A stretch of 64,000 nucleotides of DNA from Eledone cirrhosa (GCA_964016885.1 OZ024742.1:208940001-209004000); one strand, 5' to 3'; numbered from the stretch's first letter, positions 25,470-39,155 are shown. Program-made: numbers and translations. The notes: generated by a model not told the origin, from the letters alone.

Positions 25470-26355
25470 TGCAACCGGTCCTAGCATTGATACCTATGCT
25501 GGGTCAACTACTATTATTGTCTCCCAACTAGCAGATTAATGAGAGTAAGTTAAACAATTTTTCACATTTTTTATTGTGTTCTGTTTTGATATGATCTCTA
25601 ATTTCTGCTATAAACTTTCTCTCTCACTCACATATTGAATCGTATAAGTTGTGAAATAGACTGGTTTACGCACGTGGCTGGTCGCTAACCAGCGCGCTAC
25701 TCTATATCGCTGTGTAATAGATGTTGGCATTTAATGTCCAGAAAGGTTGTACCATGGCTACTATTGAAATTTTCTCGCGATGTGACTTGGAGACAAGAGC
25801 CGAATGCTACGATTCTATTATACAGCGATGTGTGACTGCTTTTTCTAATAACCAATTTTTCACTAACTTATTAATTTGTGTTTGAGACACGTTGGCTGAA
25901 TGCTTATGACGGGAGCAGAACTATTTGATTTCTAATTTCCTGCCATCACGTAAATTTATAAATCAGTGGCCGGTTGGGTGACAGCATTGTATCCGTACCC
26001 AGTTGCTAATTACTTTACTGTGTTGGCCATCACAAGCAGTCATACCCGGCACGGACTGGATTCGAATTTTGTCGTTCGATTGGTCATTGATTAGGCGAAG
26101 CCCGCTGATGAAGCCACATGCGCCGATTATGCATTGTTGCATAATATATGCGGAAGAGGGTGCAGTGCATCCTACTGGTGCATAAAGTGTGGCAGAAACT
26201 CGGGTTCGGGAACTATTATAGGTACGCGGTTACGTATGTTGTATTGAAGCGAATAACTATGTGTATACTCTGGAAGTTTATTTTACATTGCCTATTGAGT
26301 ACGCTGAGATGCAACCAGTCCTAGCATTGAAACCTATGCTGGGTCCGTCTACTTA
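25470..26355 (+). repeat. Two direct copies of a hairpin motif resembling Helitron 3' ends
   Basis: gcaacc(g/a)gtcctagcattga(t/a)acctatgctgggtc...ctact at about 25471 and 26311. Stem cctagcat/atgctggg, then a CTAC(T) end. Confidence 0.4.
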
Positions 26356-26369
26356 TTATTATATATAAT

Positions 26370-26487
26370 TGAGTTCAAATCCCGCCGAGGTTAACTTTTC
26401 CTTTCATCCTTACGAGGTTGATAAAATTAAGTACCAGTAATACACTGGGATAATTGCTGGCCTTGTGTCAAAAGTAGAAACAATTAT
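26370..26487 (+). mobile_element. tRNA-derived SINE, 5'-truncated
   Basis: B box and conserved body. Confidence 0.82.
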
Positions 26488-26521
26488 CAATTATATATAT
26501 ATATATATAAAGAGAGAGAGA

Positions 26522-27260
26522 GAGAATAGAATGAAACGAAATTTAATTTCTCACTCTTAGGGCGGCACTTACTTATCATTTTCGGTGTGCCCGGCCGACT
26601 GAATTCACTCGAAAAGCAAATTAGGCTGCTCAGTCGTTAATATGCATATTAACTGTACGGTGTAATTAGGGCTGTTTGTGTGTTTACAAACAAACAAACC
26701 GAGCATTATAATAAATGTTCGGTAAACCGATACGTGCATATATATATATATGTGTGCATGTGTGTATATATATATACATACTACTGTAGGTCTGTATACA
26801 TATATGTATGTACGTATACATACAAACAAACTTACATTTAAGTAAGTGCCGTAATAAGAGTGAGAAATGAAATTTCGTTTCATTCTATTCTATTTATCGT
26901 TTTCGGTGTGCCCGGCCGACTGAACTCACTCGATATGCAAATTAGACTGCTCAGCCGTTAATATGCATAAGGAAAGTATATACTTTCAGACGTTCAGCCA
27001 TCTGGCAGGAAGTTTTACGATGCTGGCGATAGCTAATAAGCTTGAAACTAGTACATCGTTCCTGTGCCAGTGTTGAACAAAAAGGAGACGTAGTTGCCTA
27101 AACACTGTACGAGTATTATAATAAATGTTCGGTAAACCGATACGTGCATATATATATATACATACTACTGTACGTCTGTATACATATATGTATGTACGTA
27201 TACATACATACATACATACATACATACATACATACATACATACATACATACATACATACT
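26522..27260 (+). mobile_element. Family G tandem repeat with a short inverted left arm
   Basis: 26522-26573 is inverted to about 26838-26892. ttttcggtgtgcccggccgac recurs at about 26578 and 26900. The first unit lacks the ribozyme segment. Confidence 0.75.
27017..27059 (+). ncRNA. Type I hammerhead, family G, core mutated at A6
   Basis: acgatg-CTGGCGA-t-agct(aata)agct-t-GAAA-C(ta)G-TA-catcgt. Stem I extends through ctggca-ggaa/ttcc-tgccag. Confidence 0.72.
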
Positions 27261-27266
27261 TATATT

Positions 27267-27397
<131 letters not shown>

Positions 27398-27400
27398 ATA

Positions 27401-27570
27401 TAATTGAATATCAAAGAAAAACGAACACGGATATATACATATATGTGTTCAAATCGTTAGGGACCAGATTCGCTAAGGTGAAAAGAACACTAACTATAGA
27501 CAATAGGGTTTGCCAGACTCAATTTAAGAATAAATCAAGAAAATAAATACAAACCGAAATTGTGTTTCTA
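27401..27570 (-). mobile_element. PLE-type 3' end, family C', short arm
   Basis: Inverted copy of about 30980-31146, starting directly at a TA array. Confidence 0.8.
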
Positions 27571-27571
27571 A

Positions 27572-30510
27572 CTCAATCTAGGGCGGTCAAAATTCCCGAG
27601 ATCCATGGACGAGTTCTCTCCAGCTGTCTCTGTCCCTCATTATCGCGTCCATGTCCTGCGTCTCCAACATACCTGTCCTTAGGGCATCAACATACGTTAA
27701 CCTTGGTCTTCCCCTTCTAGTGTGTACATGCAGGGGCTCCCACAGGAGCACTGAATGCAGTGTCAAATCTAGATGTCGGTGAGCATGTCCAGCTAACATC
27801 AGTCGCCTCTGTGTCAATTTTGAGTTGACTTTTGGGAGGCTCCCATACAGCGCTGAGTTTTTCATCCTTAGTGTTTACTGCTTAATGTTCAGAGCCATCC
27901 TCAACATTCTCGTATAGGACCCATCCACCATCTGAGTGAGTTTCTTGGTCAGTGTCCAAGTCTCAGACCCATACAGCAACATAGACTCCACTGCACCAAT
28001 GAAGAGTCAGATCTTCAGGTCTTTACGAAGGTCCGACTTCCACACCGATCTCAAACTGGAGCATGCCGCCCAGGCTTTGCCCTTCCTCTCAACCACATCA
28101 TCTTCCGTATTCTCAATCTTTACTCCGAAATACAGGAAGTACTCAACTAATTCCACCGGCTTCCCGCCTACATTAGTAATCCCCTCTGGCTTCTCAACAT
28201 TCTCTACCAGACATTTTGTTTTAGTCTCATTCATTCTCAGCCCCACACTCATCGACACACTCTCAACTTCCTGCATCAAATCCTCTGCCTCCTTCACTGT
28301 ATTTGTCACCAAAACTATGTCGTCGGCAAATTCAGCATCCGATATCTTTTTTGCCTTAACTTTCCTGCTCTGAGCCGGTGTTACAATACAGCTGGAGTCC
28401 TGGTGTTTCTCCAGTGCAATGCGCATACGCAAGGTCCACTACGATGATAAAAAGGTAGGGAGCCAATGTATCTCCCGGGAGCACTCCAGCCAGTATCTCA
28501 AAGAACTCTGTCATCCCATTAGGTGTAATGACATAGACTTTGATGTTGGTGTAGAGCAGTGATATGAGGTCCACTATCTTCTTGGGGATTCCATAAGCCT
28601 GTAAGATCTTCATCAGGCAGTGACGGTCCACAGAATCAAAGGCCTTCCTAAAGTCAATGAAAACCTTGACGGCAGGAAGGCACTTTGCTCTAGCTTCTTC
28701 AAATATCCTCCTCAGCATCAGGATGTGAGTGATGGTTGATCTTCCCTCTCTGAAGCCGTTCTGATTGTCCCTGAGCTTCTTCTCCATCTCGGGCTGGATC
28801 CTGTTAAGAATCATCCTGTTGAGGGTCTTTGCCACAAGTGACGTCAATGAGATCCTCCTGTAGTTGTTTCTGTTAGAGAGATCTCCCTTCTTTGGCACTG
28901 GGACGATGTTACTGATCCTCCACTGATTCGGGGAAACTCCCTTCTCCAGTGCCTGGTTACAGAACCCCAGGATGATATCATCAAAATCCCACATATTCAT
29001 CACCTCTGATGCCACTCCATTTTTCTCCATGAGCCTTGTCCTCCTTGATCTTCTTCTTGGCTCTCTGAAGCTCCTCTCTGGGAAGGGCTCTGTCTAAATA
29101 TCCAGTTCTTCATATAGCCGCCTGATCTCCCCAGTGTTCTGGGCCGTGGAGGGCGGCTCTCCTACTAGGGTCCTAAAATGGGCTAGCTATTTCCCCTTCC
29201 TATCCTCGGACCCTGTTCCCTGGATCTGACTCGAACACCTCTTCCTCTCTGTGATCTCGTTGATGAGCATCCAGCTCTCCTTACATCCAGACCTGTCAAC
29301 CGCTCTCTCCACACTTCTGATCTTCTCTATCAGTGCCTCCTCTCTGGCCTCAGTGTAAGCGGTACAGAGTCCTTTCCTCATCACTTCCACATTCTGCTTC
29401 CTCTCCTTCGTAGGATCAGCATAGTATTGGCCCTTGGCAGCTTTCAGGTGTTCTCTGGCTGCACACACTTTTGGGTCTACAGAGCTGACGTGCTTCCTTT
29501 TGCTCTTTCTCCTCGGCACCAGTGTCTTACTTGCTTCCGCCACTGCACTGGTGAAGTACCCGTACCTCCTCGTAACACTGTCCTCAGTCCATCCAATCTC
29601 TCTCTCCTCTGCCTCTCCACACAGAGCACTGAACCTGTTTCTCACTTCCACTGTGAACCTCTCCTGTAGCTTATCATCTTCCTTGAAAGCTCCCCAATCA
29701 TAGATTGCTTTCCGAGTCCGAACCTTGCTCTTTCTTAAGCTCACCCAGACCTCATCTGAGATGTAAGTCCACATTTTCCCCGGATTCTTCCTAAACCTTA
29801 GGTTGGTTGCTATCAAGTTCGCCTCCAGCAGGGTGTCTCTCAGTAGTTTTCAATTTCGGTTGGTGTTGTTATGAAAGTACCAGTAAGGATCTTCACTGCC
29901 CTCCTTACTCAGATGTGCATTGAAGTGCCCCAGAACAAGCAGGATGTTGTGTGCTTGTGTGATGTTGACAGCTCTACACACACACTCATGGAACACTTCC
30001 GCACTCACATCACTGTCTCCCTCGGTTGGACTATCGGTTGAGATGTCAGTCAGTCTTGGGTTTCCATCGAAGGTCACCCTCAACACTTGCGGGGAGACAG
30101 GCAATATTTCCCTCACCAATAGACTGGTTTTTGTGCTGAAATCAAAACCTACTCCTCCTACTGCAGCATTGGTCATGTTCTTCACTGCTGATGTGGTAAT
30201 GAGCTGGCTCCCCTTCCCAATCATCACACTCCTCACGGGCTCATCGTGTATGATCCTGTGTTCTTGGACTGCAAGTATCTGTATACCACTCTCCTCGAAC
30301 AGATAACCCAACTCCTCTCTCTTCTCCAACGTCCGAATAGTCCTCACATTGAAAGAGCCCATTTTGATGGCTCTTCTGCATTCTTTATATTTGTCTCGGA
30401 AACAGTTGATCCATCATCCACTGGCCCTCCCTGTGGCTCTAAGCCAGCAGAGTCATAACGACGAGACTGATCCTTAACAGTGTAGTTAGGGGCGGTTAGA
30501 TAGACTCTCC
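27572..30510 (-). mobile_element. RTE-clade LINE, near full length (AP endonuclease + RT), frameshifted
   Basis: MGSFNVRT...LAVQEHR (APE); PKKGDLS...NYR, FIDFRKAFDSV, GVLPGDTLAPYLFIIVVD, EFADD; LAGHAHRH, RGRPRLTYVD. Confidence 0.93.
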
Positions 30511-30584
30511 ATGTTTATTTTCAATGGCTGACAATACCTTACCGGCGCCACTCGAATAAGGTAATTATTTATCCCATAAATTAG

Positions 30585-30712
30585 GCCCTAAGAGGTAGTA
30601 CTACTCCGGGCCAGAGCAGACCTGGGAGTTATGACAACTAAGGGCTAACTCCACATTCCCCACAGCTCCTGAACTCCCCAACTGGAACCTTGCCACTGGT
30701 TGTAGTTTAATA
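30585..30712 (+). repeat. Fragment of a second interspersed (SINE-like) repeat
   Basis: ctactccgggccagagcagacctgggag...actccacattccccacagctcc resembles a common cephalopod repeat; recognised by pattern only. Confidence 0.35.
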
Positions 30713-30734
30713 TATACCTTTAATATACTCGGCT

Positions 30735-31226
30735 CTGTTAATTTGTTGAGCTAATTCAAATGTCGAGTAAACTTGGCTGCTATATTTAGTCGTGTGAGAC
30801 ACGCTAAGTTCAGATGCCATGTGCGTTACTAAATATACGCACACTATTCAGTTTTTTAATATACTTAGAAGTGTCCAGGATACTGATTCTTCACCCACTG
30901 ATGAGCAATAATTGGTATTCCTCTTCGCAATTAATTTTGCGAAACAGCATTACCAAAGCTGTCCTGGTGATTGGTAGTTACCACAATTCCGGTTTCTATT
31001 TATTTTCTTGATTTATTCTTAAATTGAGTCTGGCAAACCATATTGTGTATAGTTAGTATTCTTTTCACCTTAGCGAATCTGGTCCCTTACGATTTGAACA
31101 CAGATATGTATATATCTGTGTTCGTTTTTCTTTTATATTCAATTATAATATACGGCTCGGAAAAATCTCTTTCCTAGAGCTATTTTATTGTAAGAGACTA
31201 TTTTGAGTTTCTGACTCAATATATAC
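30735..31226 (+). mobile_element. PLE-type 3' end, family C', long arm with about 80 bp tail
   Basis: Homologous to 50580-51032 and to the tail at 50290-50365; contains a hammerhead. Confidence 0.8.
30891..30970 (+). ncRNA. Full-size type I hammerhead ribozyme with long stem II
   Basis: tcaccca-CTGATGA-gcaataattg...caattaattttgc-GAAA-cagc(attaccaaa)gctGTC-ctggtga. Intact core and GUC site; two mismatches at the base of stem I. Confidence 0.75.
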
Positions 31227-32504
31227 CTTTGATATATATATATATATATTGTTGGGAGGTCACTATCGATTACTATAGTGGTACTATATTCTATCGACTT
31301 TTATCCCACTTAGAATTGATGAGAACTGTGTTGTCTTCGGCGTTACTTGAACTGAGAATGTAAAGAGGTGGAACAAATAATGCAACACACTTCGTCCACA
31401 TTCTACAAAATAAAATCCAAACAAAAATTAAGAAACAGTAGAAAATAAAGAAAGTATACTAAATCTTTGGTTTTTGTTTTTTTTATAATTTTAAAGATTT
31501 ATCATATTTCTGGCTAGGTAATTCATTGATCCAGTATAGACAAATCACGGCTAAATGCCAGGCAAAGAAAACTATAGCAATAGTTTAACAGAAAAGCATA
31601 TACTGAACTACTGAACCTTCGTGCAGTTGTCAAATTTATTTTTCGTTGGTGTTACTACCTCTGTTGCTGCCATGGCCCTCAATATTGTTCTTTATGTTGG
31701 AGCTGCCCTTGTTGCCATTGTTCTTAGCTTTACTTTTTTGTTTATATTTTATGTACCATCACTTTTTAAGCAGAGGCATTTGATAGAGTTCGCACCATCA
31801 TGTCATACTTTTGTGTGTATATGCTGAAGTGTTTATGTTATTATGAAGGTTGCTCTTTGGCTTTTACTTCAGTTGTATTCATTTATCTCTTTTCTCGTGT
31901 TCTTTTGATTCATTCGGCAAATTGTGAAGAAAAAGAAAAAAGGACATACAATATCAATAAAATAGTAGAGTAAACTTTGTATATAGAAACCAACAAATAA
32001 TCGAAATCCTACGTAAGTCCTTTAACATGCCAAACAATGTTGAAATAAGCGTTGGCGGTTTTGTTAGTACATGAATAACGTCCGGTCGGCAGTTAAGGGT
32101 TATAATTTTTTTTTGTTAGCTTTATTCTGATCCTTTATCAGGAGAGATAAGATTTTCAAAAGTTTTTCCTGTGATGTTTTTTAGTATGAAGACACTACAT
32201 TCATTGAAATAATTATCGAGGTTGTGGTATTCGTGTTATAAGTCCTGCCTTTATAAGCATGACATTATGTATTATTTCATCATCTCAGTTTTACTAGTTG
32301 CAATGACTTTAAATTTTAAAAGAAATGGGAAATTGGAAAATATAACGCTCACGACGTTCTAAAAGCGTACGTGAACGGTACTCACTTTACAGCTGTTTTA
32401 ATGGGGCAGGGGAGAACGTAACAAACGTGAGGCTTACGTATAAGTATATCGTTTATAAGTATATCGTTTCTGCTGAAGATATCTAGAAAGGCTGACATGC
32501 ACGT

Positions 32505-34685
32505 ATATCTACTGTATCCAAAAGACACACAAAATCGAAGTAATAGGCAGGGCCTGCAAGCAAGCCACAGATATTTACATCAATATACCCCCTCCTGATG
32601 ACCTTAAATTAAGGCCCATAATAGCAGGTACCACATGTGAAACCCACCGCCTAAGTAACTTCCTAGATATTCTGCTTAAACTTTTCCTAAAACAGATAAA
32701 CAGCTTCATAAGGGACCACCTTTACATGCTCAACCACCTCCCAACAACGCTTACTAATGAACATACCCTACTAGTAACCTTTGATGTCATCAATCTATAT
32801 TCCAATATCCCACACAACCTAGGTAAAGAGGCAATACAATTCTGGCGTGAACATTTCCCTAGTGAACTTCCACAGCGCATCCCTAAAGAATTCGTTTTGG
32901 AGGGACTCAAATTCATCTTGGAAAACAACTTCTTCGAATTCGATGCCAAATACTACAGACAGAATCTGGGACTGCCACGGGCACGAAAGTAGTCCCCTCA
33001 TACGCCAACCTTGTGATGGGATATTTGGAAAACACTCTCTACCGCAAAGTTCTAGACAAATACGGTAACCACTTCTACCTACACATAGAAAAAAACTGGA
33101 AGAGATATCTGGACGACTGCTTTATCCTCTGGCATGAAAGTATAGATAGACTGATTGACTTTAAAACCCTTCTGAATGGACTCAACACAAACTTACAATT
33201 CACAATGGATTACAGCCATGAACAACTCCTTTTTCTCGACATCATCATCAAGAAAACAAACAACAAAATAGAAACAGACATATACTACAAACCCACAGAC
33301 TCGAAACAATATCTTCCATTTAACTCGTGCCACCCTCGCCATACCAAAATGGCAATTCCTTATAACCTAGCCAGAAGGACCTGCACAATAGTTTCAGATA
33401 AATACACATGCTACACACGACTAGAAGAATTAAAGAACACACTTATCAGCAGAAACTAGCCACCAACCCTAATCAACAAGGGATTCCAGCGTGCCCTAAA
33501 ACTCAACATTCTGGAACTCAGACACCCCAAACCCCGGAATGAACCGCAACAGAAACTCTAACATACATCTCCACACACAACCCCCTCACCAAAGTGGCAT
33601 TTGACACCATCCTCCAGAACATTGCTTTACTAAAAAGAAACCAAAGAATGAACAAAATCCTCCAAACACAAAACATCATAAAGAGCAAAAGACAACCTAA
33701 ATCCATAAAAAACATCCTCACACAAGCCAAAATCCAACAAACTCTCACAATGAACCCTACGGTAAAAAAATGCGGAAGGCTCAACTGTAGTATATGCATA
33801 AATCTAATAGAAGGTTCAACAGTCCATTTTAAACAAGGACAACATTTCACAGTTAAACACTACTTTACATGTGCATCTGAAAACCTAATCTATGTTTTGG
33901 CCTGCTCCGGTTGTCAAGAGCCCTACATAGGACAGACAAAAAAACATCCTCCGAAAACGTATGACCGTCCATAGATCACAAATCAAAATACATGAATACA
34001 GAAAGATTGCTTTTAGTGAATATATCGCCAATTGTACACCTAACCAACATCAAAATTTTAAAATTTTCCCCATTTACAAAATCATAGACAACGCTTCTTT
34101 CATCCATCGTACCATTAAGGAAACGTACTTCATTAACAAATTCCAACCTCTACTTAATGGACTAAACTTCGGACTAAACTAAAACTGGAACGAACAATGA
34201 ATCAAAACCAAATTCCTATGTTCTCTAAAGAATTACTCCTCTACACCCTACCTAATCCTTTTTCTTATATAAATGAATTACCCTCTCTCATTTCTCTCTC
34301 CCCTACCTGACCACCCTGAATTACCTCCCCCTGCATATTAACTCTCTAAAAAGGGAAATCATACCAAACCCCACACTACCATTTGCCTCCATCATGTATC
34401 AACTAAGCACTGTTGCCCTAATAACACATTTTGAACTGATTATCTTCAATAACTATACATGTAAATAATATTAGTTTTTCTTTCCCATTACCTTATCATG
34501 TTCCACATTACCAGCTGTTTCTTTTTCTCTTTTCTTTTCACTTCAAAATCCTTGTTTGTAAATAGCATTATTCTTTCTTCCCCATTTCCTTAACGTGTTC
34601 AACATCACCAACATTTTACACCAATACAAACTCCCGCCTTTGATAATGCATACAATGCTGAAACCGGTAATAGACAATTATTAAA
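32505..34685 (+). mobile_element. Penelope/Poseidon-type PLE, 5'-truncated, frameshifted
   Basis: LVTFDVINLYSNIPH, WKRYLDDCF, TDIYYKPTDSKQYL, SCHPRH, NLIYVLACSGCQEPYIGQT (GIY-YIG). Confidence 0.92.
34637..34672 (+). ncRNA. Minimal hammerhead, U3-A8 variant, at the 3' end of the Poseidon-type PLE
   Basis: TTGATAA-tgca(tacaa)tgct-GAAA-C(cg)G-TA. Palindromic ACCGGT; stem I decayed. Confidence 0.55.
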
Positions 34686-35312
34686 TGCTAGCAGCAGTAC
34701 CCAGCCTGGTTAGGTAAAGTAATATCTGCTTTGATGAAAAGATGTTGATCTTAGCGACTGTTTCTCGATGACTTATCTATGGCCACACACAGGCCATGCG
34801 GGGTAGGGTGGTGATGACCTCTATCACTGACAAACGCGGGTAACTGATGAAGGGGCATGCTGGGGGAGCGAGTTTCGAATTTTAACGAAATCGGTCGAAA
34901 AATGTGGGAGCTAGAGCCGAAAAGGCGGAAATTTGAGCGGAAAGGTGGTATTTTCGAATATTTAAGCGGCTGCCACGCCGTTCCTGAACAACAAATGCAA
35001 AATATAAAGCCATTACAGGATGTGCAATGACACATTCTATTTTGCTTTAAAATCTGAACGAAATCGGTGGCAAAATGTGGGACCTAGAGCCAAAAATCTT
35101 ATTTTTCGATATCTAAAAAAAGGTGACAACCCTATCGATTTTGATTTGCAGAATGACCCCGGAATAAAAGAAAACGATACGTTGTTATATAGAAAACACT
35201 CCTCGATGACTATTCTATAAGCCTGTAAAGTTTCATGAAAATCGGTCGTAAGATGTAGGCCCCGATATGGAATACACAGACACATACTTAATTTTATATA
35301 TATATACAGATA
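34686..35312 (+). mobile_element. Non-autonomous Helitron/Helentron-type element
   Basis: ctagcagcagtacccagcctggttaggt start, repeated aaatcggt motifs, end cacatacttaattttatatata. Inverted partial copy at 35585-35733. Confidence 0.55.
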
Positions 35313-35490
35313 TAAATAAATGCCATTGTTAATTAATAAATAAATTAACTAATACCTTAACACTTCACACAAAGTAAAATATTTCGTTTTAAACATTTTC
35401 TAGCCCAGAAAAAAGAGAAAAGTGATAAAAGGGAAAAATATATTTTTTTCTTCCTAATACTCGTCTTTTTTTTCCCTATTTTCATATATA

Positions 35491-35584
<94 letters not shown>

Positions 35585-35586
<2 letters not shown>

Positions 35587-35728
35587 AAATATATAAAATT
35601 AAGTATGCGTGTGTGTCTGTGTGTCTGTGTATTCCCTATAGCGGCCTACATCTTACGACTGATTTTCATGAAACTTTACAGGCTCATAGATTAGTCATTG
35701 GGGAGTGTTTTCTATATATCAACGTATC

Positions 35729-35733
<5 letters not shown>
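35585..35733 (-). mobile_element. Inverted partial copy of the 35170-35305 terminus
   Basis: Reverse-complement match; translations share CLCIPY.GLHLTTDFHETLQA. Confidence 0.8.
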
Positions 35734-35778
<45 letters not shown>

Positions 35779-35780
<2 letters not shown>

Positions 35781-35952
35781 AAAAGTGTCACGACCCTGAC
35801 GGTGAACTTCGGCCATTTCGACAGCTAGATATGTAGCTGGCGAAACGGCCGGAGCTCAGCCGTCGGGGTCCTGACTCTTATCCTATTACCCAGTCTACTA
35901 CCCTAAGTATTGAGTACTCTGGTTTCTTACTCCATCCTCTTTCTTTGTCACA
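35779..35952. mobile_element. Mini head-to-head palindrome, family H (gagctcagccgtcgg family)
   Basis: 35779-35827 is imperfectly inverted to 35834-35883; the right arm has about 65 bp of tail. Solo copies at 441-475, 41040-41145 and 51110-51225 (-), all next to TA arrays. Confidence 0.8.
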
Positions 35953-36922
35953 TATATATATTTCTCTCTCACACTCTCTCTCTCTCATTCCTTCTCTGGA
36001 AGAACTTGGCTGTGTTTAATCTTGGACATTAGAAGCACTTCCATGTTTAAAGTGCCCAAGATACGCTTTATGGCGTTGTGTCACATGCAAAGCAAGAATA
36101 CAAATAGGAAAATGTTTCTCATGATTTTCTGACAATGTCTATCCATTTTGCTTCGTAATTATGATGTTCCGGATTTTATACCACTGCAAGTGAACTTTAC
36201 CATAGTCATGGTTTCAGCAAAACTTCCTGATTGAAATTGGTGCATAAAGACATTAAGTTGAAGAGCATCGGATGGATGGACACCACATTCCAAGCAAACA
36301 TTTTCAGGGCTCCTATTATGCTTGTTCTGCTTAGCTTTTACATCTGAGGAATGAACGAAACACTCATAGAAACATTCAATGAGTATGTATTTCTAGAGCT
36401 CGAACAATTGGAGTATTTACTGTCACAACCGATGAAGGATTCATTTACTTAACTGCATCTATAACATCTGTAGCCTGTAAATGGTTTACAGGCCGCAATA
36501 GTTGTTTTTAGAAACTAAAAGAGAAAATTGAAATAAAACAATAAAACATAAAGCGACAGCAAGAACGAAGGAAAAACAGAAAGTATTGAAAGGAGATAAG
36601 GAAATCCATTAAGAGTGAAAATATATATGTTTGCTGCCATTGTGTCCTCATCGTTTCTGGCCACCCTTAGTGCTTTTACATACACCTCCCCACCGTACAT
36701 AGATATATAATTTACCACTTATTAGATAAAGACTGGAAAAGGATATGTTGTTTACATAAATATTTCAGACTCATACATTAAGATATAGGATTTAAGGCAT
36801 TTTAGAGATAAATATATCTACACAATGTTGTTGGAGTGTGTATGAGTAAATGATTACAGTACTGCCCTGCCGCTAAACATCTCCCACGCTATTCTTATAC
36901 CTTCGCTTTTCTTATTGTTTGT

Positions 36923-36955
<33 letters not shown>

Positions 36956-36971
36956 CACTCTCTTTCTCTTT

Positions 36972-37069
<98 letters not shown>

Positions 37070-37649
37070 CCTAACTAACTCCCCAGCCACGCTCTTTTCA
37101 CCAAATAGCCTCCCGCGTACAAGACAAGCTCGATGTTGTACACTGATGATATTAATGATAACGTTGATTATGGCAATGATGACGACGTTACTTATGATGA
37201 TTATCATGTGTACAACGAGGATGAGAGGAGCGATGGCGGTGGGTTATCGCTTGTATTAGTAAAGAGGTTGATAATTTTGGCATGCAAACATTTCAATAAC
37301 AATAACAATAGTGGACTTTTGATATAAAGTGATAAGCATGTTGACACAGTAAAAAAAAATCAAGAAGCTACGATTGAAATAGAAGAGGAGGAATAATAGA
37401 ATGAGAGTAAGAGGCGTACTAAACTTAGTGGGTGAGTATTCATATAGAAGAATGAAAAATAATACAAAAGTTATATTGTAAAATGAGGAATGTAAGTGGG
37501 AAAAGTAAACAACATATATGCTGCACGTAGCCACATGACACGTCCACCTCGTTTGAGAAATTTTCTCTCTAAAAAACAGATGTAGATCATTCAGTTTCGG
37601 AACCACCAGAAAAGTAGAACACCCCAACAGGCTTTATATCCGAATCTAA

Positions 37650-39065
37650 GGTGGGGGATTGATAGTATCGGTAGAGCGTCGGACCGCATGCATGTTTTGC
37701 CCCATACATTTACGTCCTTTAACATTCTAAATTCCAGGCAGGATAGATTTTCCTTTCATCCCTACGAGTTCAAAGTACCAGTAATACCCTCAGGTCGATT
37801 TAATCCACTTTCCTCCCCCTTCCTCCAAAATGGATGGCCTTGTGCCTAAATCAGAAACGCAAATATCCGAGTCTAAAGACATCTTAGTATATATTCAAGC
37901 AAACACTTTTGCATTTCAAAAGATTTCCTTTTGAGCTAATCCAGTTATCAATCAAGCCAGCATGGGCCTAACCAGAAACAAAGACAACAAAGACATTCAG
38001 CCTCTTCACTGCAGCAATCAGTCTTTATTTAATAGGTGATAAATTATATATTTGTGCATAGAGTGGAGGGGGTGTATGTAAAAGCACTCAGGGTGGCCAG
38101 AAACGAAGAGGGTATAATGTCAGCATACAGAACTTATTGTTTCACTAATGCCCTCATACAGCTACTGCCATAAATACCTCTCTAACTCCTCACAATATTA
38201 TCGCACCAATATGTCGGCAACAATACCAACATTATTACCAATACGTTGAGGGCGGTGGATTGGCAGTATTGGCAGAGCGTCAGACACCATGCTTTGCAGA
38301 TTATAGTTAATGCCCTTTACGTTCTGAGTTTAAATCCCGCGGAGGTTAGCTTTGCCTTCCTCCCTTACGGGGTCGATAAAATACAACACAGTAATCCACT
38401 GGTGTAATTGCTGGCCTTGTGCAAAAGTAGAAAAAATTATCACCAATACGTTATAAAGTATTATACGGAGGAAAAGTGAACAATGGACAAAGAAGCAAGT
38501 TAGAATAATTCTTCGATGATATTCTCTTTGTAGTTTATTCTTTGGCTTGATTTAAACTATTTACATAATTATTTTATTTCCTAATTTCGTGCCATGTTTA
38601 TTATATATACATTTAATTCAACATTAATTTTTACATAGGCGTCAATGACTTCTAACATTCTTCTGTGAGAGACGAAACAAATTACATATGTTTGTTCATA
38701 AAACGGTAGACAGAGAACATTATTTCAGCGACAATAGAGATGTGTAAGTCCCAAAATATATCAATTAGACATAATTAATGAAACGAAATGAAACAGAGTA
38801 AGACAAAATAATGTTGATCAAGAGTTAAGGAGTTAAGAGTTTAATGAAATTGACGCCATAACTAAGATCAACATTAAAATGAACCAACGAAGGAACATTA
38901 AGTGGTAATTCAATTTCCTAGAAATAGCAGCCAAATCACTCTCAAATCCAAATTAATCGTTTTAGATATAAAGATAACACATTAGATCATCTTAATGAGA
39001 CCTGACCTGTGACTAACCGAAACATTAACACAAAAATTAACTTTATGCTTCTACTCATGTATTTT

Positions 39066-39105
<40 letters not shown>

Positions 39106-39123
39106 GACTACTACTACAATTAC

Positions 39124-39155
<32 letters not shown>

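Noticed and set aside
27579-30498. tagggcggt / taggggcggt near both ends of the RTE as a target-site duplication
   Set aside because: The match is imperfect and the left copy overlaps the stop codon of the last RTE ORF, so both look element-internal.
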